64,000 nucleotides of DNA from Candidatus Acidiferrales bacterium (GTDB taxonomy: Bacteria > Chloroflexota > Dormibacteria > Aeolococcales > Aeolococcaceae), in assembly GCA_035534435.1 (NCBI GenBank), contig DATLRX010000011.1, positions 5,857-69,856 on the forward strand, written 5' to 3'. Positions 40,341-47,483 of the stretch are shown one piece after another. The number at the start of each line of letters is the position of its first letter. Positions within the stretch are counted from its first letter, which is position 1. A program made the position numbers and the translations under genes. Under the pieces are notes generated by a model. The model was given only the letters and a program-made list of their open reading frames with translations. It had not been told where the DNA came from and ran no database searches.

Positions 40341-41369
40341 CTACGCCGCCAGCACGGCGGCGATCGCTTCGGCGGCGCGGCGCGCGTCCGCCGCGTCGAC
40401 ACCGAGGTGGGTCACGCACCGGAGCGTATGCGCTCCCATCGTGCTCACGAGCACGCCGTCACGAGCGAGGCTGGCGGCGAGGCCGGCGGCGGGGGCCATC
40501 GTCTCGAAGATGACGATGTTGGTCGGAACCGAGGGTGTGCGCACGGTGGCGCCGGGACAGTCCAGCAGCGTTTCGGCGATGAGGCTCGCATTGGTGTGGT
40601 CCTCGGCAAGGCGCTCGACGTTGTGCTCGAGCGCGTACACGCCCGCCGCGGCGATGATCCCCGCCTGACGCATCCCACCCCCGAGGCGTTTGCGCCAGCG
40701 ACGCACCTCCTCGATGACCGGTGCGTCGCCGGCCACGACCGATCCGACCGGCGCCCCGAGACCCTTGCTGATGCACACCGTCACCGTGTCGCACTCGTCG
40801 ACGAGATCGGCGGGGCTCACGCCGAGCGCGACCGCGGCGTTGAACAGCCGAGCGCCGTCGCAGTGGACACGCAGTCCGAGGCTGTGTGCCGCTCGTGCGG
40901 CACGGTGCACCCGATCGACGTCGACCGCGCCCCCGCCACGACGGTTGTGCGTGTTCTCGATGCACAGGAGGCTGGATACGGGCTGGTGGATCTCCGTCTC
41001 GCGCACGGCCGCGATGACGGCGTCCGCATCCGGGATCCCGTCAACGCTGTCGAGAAGCCGGAGTTGCACCCCGGCGACGATCGCGCTCCCTCCGACCTCG
41101 TAGATCACGACGTGCGCCTGTGAGTCAGCGATGACCTCGTCGCCGGGACGCGTCTGCGCGGCCACACACGTCAGGTTGCCCATGGTGCCGCTCGGGACGT
41201 ACACCGCGGCGTGCTTTCCGAGACGGCGCGCCACCTCCTCCTCGAGACGGCGCACCGTCGGGTCCTCGCCCCAGACGTCGTCGCCGACCTCGGCACGTGC
41301 CATCGCGACGCGCATCCCCTCGTCGGGGACGGTCAGCGTGTCACTTCGGAGATCGACGGCGTCCGGCAC
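40341..41369 (-). CDS. ltaE: low-specificity L-threonine aldolase
   Basis: The N-terminal DLRSDT motif and an aminotransferase class I/II fold are present (GTMGNL, the lysine region ISKGLGAP). Confidence 0.88.
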   Translation of the reverse strand: MPDAVDLRSDTLTVPDEGMRVAMARAEVGDDVWGEDPTVRRLEEEVARRLGKHAAVYVPSGTMGNLTCVAAQTRPGDEVIADSQAHVVIYEVGGSAIVAGVQLRLLDSVDGIPDADAVIAAVRETEIHQPVSSLLCIENTHNRRGGGAVDVDRVHRAARAAHSLGLRVHCDGARLFNAAVALGVSPADLVDECDTVTVCISKGLGAPVGSVVAGDAPVIEEVRRWRKRLGGGMRQAGIIAAAGVYALEHNVERLAEDHTNASLIAETLLDCPGATVRTPSVPTNIVIFETMAPAAGLAASLARDGVLVSTMGAHTLRCVTHLGVDAADARRAAEAIAAVLAA

Positions 41370-43455
41370 TCAGGTTGACCTCACCCTGGATCACGTGCGC
41401 ATCCTGAACCATGGGCGGTGCTGCGTGCGGTGCGATCTCGCGCTCCACCGCGGCGGCGACACATGTCTTGTGACGGCCCGTTCGCTTCGCGCGATAGAGC
41501 GCCTCGTCGGCAAGGCTGAACAGCTCACCGGCTGCGTTCGTGTGCTCGGGATACGCTGCGACGCCGATGCTCACCCCGAGCCGCACGGTCTGCGCGCCGG
41601 GCAGACGCACGTCCGTGGCCTCGACGGCACGGCGGATCTTCTCCGCGACGCCGAACGCCTCCTCGGCGGATGTGTTGGGCATGACGACGACGAACTCCTC
41701 GCCGCCGTACCGCGCGGCCAGGTCGGCTCTGCGCACGTTGTTGACGAGGGTTCGTGAGAACGCGGAAAGGGCGAGGTCGCCGGCGTGGTGCCCGTGCGTG
41801 TCGTTCAGGAGCTTGAAGTGGTCGAGGTCGAGCATGAGGATGGCGAGCGGCGCGCCGAGCCGTTCTGCAAGGGCGAGCTGCTGACCCAGCGAGTCGACGA
41901 GGAAGCGGTGGTTGTACAGGCCCGTCAGGTCATCGATCGTCGCCTGGCGTTGCACGACCGCAAGGAATCGGTAGCGCTCGAGTGCGAGCGAGATCTGCTC
42001 GGCGGTCGACGCGACGAGGTCCATGTCTGCGTTCGCGAACGCTCGGCTCTCGGCCGCGACAGCGATGACTCCATGGACGTACGTCCCGAGACGGAGCGGC
42101 GCGACACAGAACTCACGCACACCGAGCCGCGCTTCGCGACTCGCGGATGTGGCTCCGAGCAGCATCGCCCCACGGCCCACGTACCGGTAGCCCTCGCCGA
42201 GCGGCCCGTTGCCGTCGAGCAACCCCGAGTCGTTGATGCGCCGGTCGCCACCGGCGACGGCAAATCCGTCGCTCATCTCCGACCCGGTGACGACGATCAT
42301 CGCCATCTCGACCTCGATGGAGGCCTGCAGCTGATCGCAGACGTTCGCGAGCGCCGTCTCGAGTGGTTGCGCCAGGCTGAGCTCCGTCGCGACCGACGCG
42401 CGTGCGGCGGTCGCGCGCATCGTGGAGCGCACCTCGAGTCGCATCGCCTCGAAACGTGCCCCGAGACGGCCGATCTCGTCGACCGAGCCCGTGCTCACCG
42501 GCGCGTCGAAATCGCCGGTGCCGAGGGCCGCGACTGCGGCGTCCAGCCGGCGCAGCGGTCGCCGGAGGTCCAGCTCCACCACAACGACGATGAACAGCAT
42601 CGCGACGAGAATCACACCGAGCAGCAGCAGGATCGACTGCCATGTCACCGCCGCCCCGGAGACCGGCGCGGTGAGCACGAGCGTGAAACCCGCGCCGATC
42701 GGCGTCGATGCGATGGCGAGCTGGTGGGAGCCGATCGACTCGATCGCCGGCACCCGTGCCGCGATTGCGTCGCGCAGCGTCCCGACCGGCATCTCGCCCG
42801 GATCGACACGCACGCCACCGACGCTGCCGCCGAGCGCGTAACGGCCGTCGGCACGGATGAGCAGCAGATGCACCGGGTCCGCGGCTGTCGCGATGTTCCG
42901 GTCGATCGTCGTGATGAACGGCGTCGTCACGGGGCGCGCGACGAATGCCGTGGTCCTCGCATCGGGAAGGTGCGCCGCCTCCACGAGCCACGCACCGCCG
43001 CTCGAGGTCGATGCGGTGTTCGCGCCGGAGGCGACTGCGGCGACGAGGGTTGCCGCCAGCGGGTTGGCCGCGGGCAGCGGCGCCGATCCCTGCACGACGA
43101 CGATGGCGCCGCCGGGCGTCACGACACCGAGGACGTCCGACGTGTCGAGCACCGCCGCGTCTGCCGTGATCGCGTCCTGGATTGCGGTTGTGCTGACAGT
43201 GTCCTGCTCGCCGGCGATCTGACGCGCGACGCCGGCGATGAAGACGCGGAGCGCCGATCGCTGACCCGCGATGAGGTTGGATGCGACCCCGATCTTGTCT
43301 GCTGCGCTGTTCTCAGCCTGCGCGCCGGCATTCGCCTGCGCGAGGACGTACGGGACGACCGCCACCGTCGATCCGGCGACGAAGATCACCGCCGCGAACT
43401 TGAGCGAGAACGAGGCTCCTCGCCAGACTCCGGCGACGCGACGTATCCCTCTCAT
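41341..43455 (-). CDS. membrane diguanylate cyclase (periplasmic sensor-HAMP-GAF-GGDEF)
   Basis: Two TM segments flank a roughly 240-aa ectodomain. A HAMP-like segment (LRRLDAAVAALGTGDFDAPV) and a GAF-like region follow. The active site reads RYGGEEF, with an RxxD I-site (RRAD) 5 aa upstream. Confidence 0.88.
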   Translation of the reverse strand: MRGIRRVAGVWRGASFSLKFAAVIFVAGSTVAVVPYVLAQANAGAQAENSAADKIGVASNLIAGQRSALRVFIAGVARQIAGEQDTVSTTAIQDAITADAAVLDTSDVLGVVTPGGAIVVVQGSAPLPAANPLAATLVAAVASGANTASTSSGGAWLVEAAHLPDARTTAFVARPVTTPFITTIDRNIATAADPVHLLLIRADGRYALGGSVGGVRVDPGEMPVGTLRDAIAARVPAIESIGSHQLAIASTPIGAGFTLVLTAPVSGAAVTWQSILLLLGVILVAMLFIVVVVELDLRRPLRRLDAAVAALGTGDFDAPVSTGSVDEIGRLGARFEAMRLEVRSTMRATAARASVATELSLAQPLETALANVCDQLQASIEVEMAMIVVTGSEMSDGFAVAGGDRRINDSGLLDGNGPLGEGYRYVGRGAMLLGATSASREARLGVREFCVAPLRLGTYVHGVIAVAAESRAFANADMDLVASTAEQISLALERYRFLAVVQRQATIDDLTGLYNHRFLVDSLGQQLALAERLGAPLAILMLDLDHFKLLNDTHGHHAGDLALSAFSRTLVNNVRRADLAARYGGEEFVVVMPNTSAEEAFGVAEKIRRAVEATDVRLPGAQTVRLGVSIGVAAYPEHTNAAGELFSLADEALYRAKRTGRHKTCVAAAVEREIAPHAAPPMVQDAHVIQGEVNLSAGRRRSPK

Positions 43456-43464
43456 CCCCGCTGC

Positions 43465-44028
43465 TCAGTCCGAACGCCGGACGAAGACTATCGCTGCCGC
43501 GGCGATGGCACCGGCAACCAGGAGGCCCGCGAGCGTGACGACGTAGATCGAGACGGGATTCGTGGCGATCACCCCCTGCGCGACAGGGACCGGCACCGCG
43601 AGCGCGGGGGGCGCGAGCACCGGTGGGCGGGAGCCGGCGGGACCCTGCTGAGGCTGCGGAGCGGGCGGTGACGGCGTTGCCGCCGGGTGCGGGGTGCCGG
43701 CGATGACGGTACGGACCGGCGGCGGTGTGCGCTCCGGGGTCGGAGTCTTCCGCGGGGACGACGTCGGTGCCGGCGTCGGTGGCGTGCGACGCCGGCAGCA
43801 ACGGCAGCAGTGACGTCCGTCCTCGTCGAAGCGGTCCGGGTCGTGGTGGCATCTGACCGACGAAGTGCTGTCGCGGTCGGGGACGCCGGCGGCGTCGACC
43901 GACAGCGCCGCAGGTCCGGCAACGGCCCAGATCATCGTTGCCGCGGCGAGCAGCGTCACGGCGGCGCGCACCCCACAACGGCGCGTTCGATCCAGGCCAG
44001 CGAACGACCCCGATACCCCGTTGTTCAA
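43465..44028 (-). CDS. secreted/anchored Pro-rich protein with Cys/His cluster
   Basis: GGAGG lies 4 nt upstream of the TTG at 44028. A signal-like N-terminus (RTRRCGVRAAVTLLAAATMIWAVAG), CHHDPDRFDEDGRHCCRCC, a PT-rich linker and a C-terminal TM plus RRSD tail are present. Third-position GC is high from about 43980 downward. Confidence 0.5.
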   Translation of the reverse strand: MNNGVSGSFAGLDRTRRCGVRAAVTLLAAATMIWAVAGPAALSVDAAGVPDRDSTSSVRCHHDPDRFDEDGRHCCRCCRRRTPPTPAPTSSPRKTPTPERTPPPVRTVIAGTPHPAATPSPPAPQPQQGPAGSRPPVLAPPALAVPVPVAQGVIATNPVSIYVVTLAGLLVAGAIAAAAIVFVRRSD

Positions 44029-44096
44029 GTCACCTCCGGCGAGGATCGTACGGCCGGTGCCGGTGAGACTTGTGACCGAAATGTGACACTTTTCAG

Positions 44097-44636
44097 GTGC
44101 CAATCGTCGTGATCAATTTCGCTGACGGCGAGGTCGTTCTCGCCGAGACGCCTGAGATCACCTTCGACCTTGCGATCATCGACGCCGAGCTGCGCTCGAT
44201 CAACCAGAACAGCGAGCGCGCCCTCTTTCCCGTGAGCGCGATCCGGCAGATCCTGGTGGGCGATCCCATGCCGGCGCCGCCCGAGGCCGAGGTCGCGGCC
44301 TGGGACCGTGCCGCGTTCCACTTCCTCGACGGACTGGTGCTCAGAGCCTCGATACGGTCCGACGCACATCTCGGCCGCTACGGCGGTGTCTGGCACATCG
44401 TGGAACCGAGTTCCACCGAGCTGCGAACCATCGCCGTGCCGTACGCGGCGCTGAAAGGCGTCTACCAGATCCGCCAGTGGGACAGCCGCCCGGCGAACGA
44501 GCGCGACGAGCACGCCGAGCTCGACCAGCTGGCCCGGGTGCTCGCCGAGCGCGAGCGCAACATCGCGGGCGACGGCAGCACGCCTTCGCGACGCCCGCTG
44601 CTGTCGCGGATGCGCCGCCCGCCGGGTTCGGCCTGA
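44097..44636 (+). CDS. hypothetical protein with internal tandem duplication
   Basis: The start is GTG. Two similar halves are visible (INFADGEVVLAE...ALFPVSAIRQILV and FHFLDGLVLRAS...IAVPYAALKGVYQI), followed by a basic C-terminal tail. Confidence 0.55.
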   Translation: MPIVVINFADGEVVLAETPEITFDLAIIDAELRSINQNSERALFPVSAIRQILVGDPMPAPPEAEVAAWDRAAFHFLDGLVLRASIRSDAHLGRYGGVWHIVEPSSTELRTIAVPYAALKGVYQIRQWDSRPANERDEHAELDQLARVLAERERNIAGDGSTPSRRPLLSRMRRPPGSA

Positions 44637-44703
44637 TCTCGGACCTGTCGCGCGCCTGTCCACACGTCAGACCTCCCGAGGACCTCGTGGTACCGTCCCG
44701 GCT

Positions 44704-45744
44704 GTGACCTCCACGCTCGTGCGTGGCGAGCCGGAAACGAGCGAGACACCCCCTTCGCTGACGAGCCGCCTCCTCACCATCCGCACCCTCGCGTCCATCG
44801 GCCTCGCCGTGGTGATCGTCGGGGTCGCCGTCTGGCGGGCACAGATCAACTGGGGCGACGCGTGGGACAACATCCGCCACGCCAACCTCTTCATCTATGT
44901 CGCGGCGCTGGCGGTCTACTACGCGTCGTTCGCCGTTCGTTCAATCCGCTGGCACGTCTTGCTCGCGAACGCGGGTGAGGAACGGCCGTCACGGTCGCTG
45001 GCCGGTATCGTGATCACATCCTTCTTCGTCAACTGCGTGGTGCCGGCGAAGATGGGCGACATCTACCGCGCCTACCTCGGGAAGCAGAAGCTCGACGTGC
45101 CGGTGAGCAAGGCGCTCGGGACGATCATCGCCGAGCGGTTGATCGACCTCATCGTGCTCATGTCGCTGCTGCTTGCGGCAGGCGCGATCGTGTTCCGCAC
45201 CAAAGCCCCGGGCATCCTCGTCCCGTACGTCGTGATCGGCGTCGGCGTCTGCGTCGCCGGCGTCGGCGTGATTCTCGTGATGCGCGCGGGGCGCGGGCAG
45301 CGCATCCTGCGTCTGCTCCCCGAGGCTGTGTTCCACCGCTACGAGAGCCTCCGGCTCGGCACGGTGGACTCCTTTGCGCGTCTCCCGACCCTGCTCGGTC
45401 TCACGGTGCTCGTCTGGATCGCCGAGGGTGCCCGGCTCGGCCTCGTCGTGCTCTCGCTGCATCTCGCCGGTGTCCATCTCGGTCCGTCGCAATTCCTGCT
45501 CATCGCGCTCGTGGCGGCGCTGCTCACGACCGTTCCCTTCCTGCCGGGTGGGCTCGGGCTCGTCGAGGCAGGGATGATCGGCGTGCTCATCACCGTCGGC
45601 GGGGTCACCAACTCGTCGGCCGTGTCGATCACGCTGCTCGACCGCAGCATCAGCTACGCAAGCCTGGTGGTGGTCGGTTTCGTGATCTTCGTGGTCACCC
45701 ATCTACACGTCCCAAAGGCACAACGGATCGCGACGCAGGGATGA
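44704..45744 (+). CDS. flippase-like (LPG-synthase TM region / UPF0104) membrane protein
   Basis: The protein is polytopic, carries the AKMGDIYRAYL motif typical of this family, and has a PGGLGLVEAG motif near the C-terminus. Confidence 0.75.
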   Translation: MTSTLVRGEPETSETPPSLTSRLLTIRTLASIGLAVVIVGVAVWRAQINWGDAWDNIRHANLFIYVAALAVYYASFAVRSIRWHVLLANAGEERPSRSLAGIVITSFFVNCVVPAKMGDIYRAYLGKQKLDVPVSKALGTIIAERLIDLIVLMSLLLAAGAIVFRTKAPGILVPYVVIGVGVCVAGVGVILVMRAGRGQRILRLLPEAVFHRYESLRLGTVDSFARLPTLLGLTVLVWIAEGARLGLVVLSLHLAGVHLGPSQFLLIALVAALLTTVPFLPGGLGLVEAGMIGVLITVGGVTNSSAVSITLLDRSISYASLVVVGFVIFVVTHLHVPKAQRIATQG

Positions 45745-46658
45745 GGGCGCTCGTCACGGGCGGCGCCGGGTTCATCGGCTCGCAGATCACCGACGCCCTG
45801 CTCGAGGCGGGACATACGGTCACGGTCATCGACGATCTCTCACGAGGGCGCCGTGCACAGCTGAACCCCGCGGCGCGATTCGTCGAGCTCGACATCACGT
45901 CTCACGGACTGGACGCCGTCGTCGCGGAGGCACAACCCGAGGTGGTGTTCCATCACGCCGCGCAGATCTCCGTCCGCGAGTCGGTGCGCGATCCACTCCA
46001 CGATGCCGGCGTCAACGTCGTCGGGACGGTGAACGTCCTTCGCGCGGCGGTGGACGCGGGGGCACGTCGCGTCGTGTTCGCATCGAGCGGCGGCGCCATC
46101 TACGGCGAGACCGACGTGATCCCGACACCCGAGGACATCCCCTGCCGCCCCGAGTCGCCGTACGGCACATCGAAGCTCTGCGCGGAGGCATACGGCGGAA
46201 CGTTCAGCCGCCAGACGGGGCTGGAGTTCGTCGCGCTGCGCTACGCGAACGTGTACGGACCCCGGCAGGACCCGCACGGCGAGGCGGGCGTTGTCGCCAT
46301 CTTCGCGCTCAGACTCCTCGGTGACGAGCCGCCGGTGATCAACGGCGACGGCAGGCAGACTCGCGACTACGTGCACGTGCACGATGTCGTCCGCGCGAAC
46401 CTTGCGGCGATCGACGGACCGCCCGGGACCTACAACATCGGCACCGGCGTCGAGACGGACGTCAACACCCTGTACCGGATGCTCGCTGCGGAGTGCGGCG
46501 TCGCCGGCGACGCGGTGCACGGTCCGGGCAAGCCCGGGGAGCAACGCCGTTCCTGCCTCGACCCTGCGTTCACGCGCGAGCACCTGGGGTGGTCCGCGTC
46601 AGTCGGCCTCAGCGAGGGCGCGCGCACCACGCTCGACTTCTTCAGGAAGGCGCCCTAA
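45741..46658 (+). CDS. NAD-dependent epimerase/dehydratase (GalE-like)
   Basis: GGAGFIGS Rossmann motif and YGTSK catalytic motif are present. The ATGA overlaps the upstream gene's stop. Confidence 0.88.
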   Translation: MRALVTGGAGFIGSQITDALLEAGHTVTVIDDLSRGRRAQLNPAARFVELDITSHGLDAVVAEAQPEVVFHHAAQISVRESVRDPLHDAGVNVVGTVNVLRAAVDAGARRVVFASSGGAIYGETDVIPTPEDIPCRPESPYGTSKLCAEAYGGTFSRQTGLEFVALRYANVYGPRQDPHGEAGVVAIFALRLLGDEPPVINGDGRQTRDYVHVHDVVRANLAAIDGPPGTYNIGTGVETDVNTLYRMLAAECGVAGDAVHGPGKPGEQRRSCLDPAFTREHLGWSASVGLSEGARTTLDFFRKAP

Positions 46659-47092
46659 GCACCGATCGACATGCGCGCGCGTGCCAGGTTGCCGGCGCTG
46701 CTGGTGCGCAGCGCGAGCGCCGCATCGCGAAGCGCCGGGTCGCGGCCGTGTGCGGGCGATTCCGCGAGTCGCGCAGACCAGGTGAGCTCGTCCACGGCCT
46801 GTTCGAGTGCGGCCCGTGCCTCATCGAGCTGCGCGGGAAGGGGGGTCGCGGCGATGCGCTCGAGCGCCTGAGCGCAGCCGTCGAGCTTTCTCCGCAGCGC
46901 GTGGACCTCGTCGGGGGTTCCCTCGGCGAGCGCGGAACCAAGCGCATCAGCGGCGGTCGCGGTGGTGTCGAGCACGGCGGTCAGGACCGCATGCGGATCC
47001 TCGTCACTCGAGGCCCCTGCTCCCATCATCCGGTAGGCGCCGACCAGGAAGAGCAGCACCAGCAGCACGGCGACGATGTAGATCGCCGGCAC
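46655..47092 (-). CDS. hypothetical N-terminally anchored helical protein
   Basis: One N-terminal TM (IYIVAVLLVLLFLVGAY) is followed by an Ala/Leu-rich helical region. I recognise no motif. Confidence 0.45.
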   Translation of the reverse strand: MPAIYIVAVLLVLLFLVGAYRMMGAGASSDEDPHAVLTAVLDTTATAADALGSALAEGTPDEVHALRRKLDGCAQALERIAATPLPAQLDEARAALEQAVDELTWSARLAESPAHGRDPALRDAALALRTSSAGNLARARMSIGA

Positions 47093-47104
47093 AGAGGGTC
47101 CCCG

Positions 47105-47410
47105 TTACTTGTAGCGGAAGGTGATGCGCCCGCGCGAGAGGTCGTACGGGCTCAGCTCGACACGCACCCGGTCGCCGATGAGGATGCGGATGTAGAACTT
47201 GCGCATCTTTCCCGAGGTGTATGCCAGGACGTCCTGTCCGGTCTGCAGGCGCACCTTGAACATCGCGTTCGGCAACGGCTCGACGACGGTCGCGTCCATC
47301 TCGATGGTCTCTTCCTTGACCTCGACCTGCGCAGCGCCATCGGCCGGCTCGCGTCGACGGACGGGACCGCGCCTCCTGGTGCTGCCGGGACGGGGTGGAC
47401 GTCGTGCCAA
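47105..47410 (-). CDS. infA: translation initiation factor IF-1 with about 30-aa Arg-rich N-terminal extension
   Basis: The C-terminal 72 aa match IF-1 ([54 protein letters not shown]). The only in-frame start upstream of KEETIE is the TTG at 47410, preceded by GAGGAG-N7. Confidence 0.8.
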   Translation of the reverse strand: MARRPPRPGSTRRRGPVRRREPADGAAQVEVKEETIEMDATVVEPLPNAMFKVRLQTGQDVLAYTSGKMRKFYIRILIGDRVRVELSPYDLSRGRITFRYK

Positions 47411-47470
47411 ACAGGGTCTCCTCGAAGCAGGTCGAACGGTGGCCGAGCGTATCACGGAGCCGTTCCCTGG

Positions 47471-47476
47471 TAACGT
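47471..47476 (+). promoter_or_regulatory. -10-like TAACGT box 7 nt upstream of the metH ATG
   Basis: TAACGT-cgtctcg-ATG, with no SD. Confidence 0.35.
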
Positions 47477-47483
47477 CGTCTCG

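Noticed and set aside
39455-40402. A 315-aa minus-strand ORF with LRAVV repeats across the tandem array.
   Set aside because: It is a shadow frame of the KTTAR gene. It has no SD and runs into ltaE. The plus-strand gene has an AAGGAGG SD and a plausible N-terminal domain.
43313-43978. Alternative minus-strand frames over the Pro-rich gene (the 221-aa and 117-aa Arg-rich ORFs).
   Set aside because: They have lower third-position GC coherence and no signal peptide or TM logic. The chosen frame has an SD, a signal-like N-terminus and a C-terminal anchor.
44071-44087. A CRP/FNR-type site (TGTGA-N6-TCACA).
   Set aside because: The two TGTGAC copies are direct, not inverted, so this is not a CRP-type palindrome. 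I kept it only as a note within the divergent-promoter finding.
47411-47483. A cobalamin or SAM riboswitch upstream of metH.
   Set aside because: Only 73 nt separate infA and metH, too short for those aptamers. A -10-like box lies 7 nt from the ATG, which points to a leaderless mRNA.
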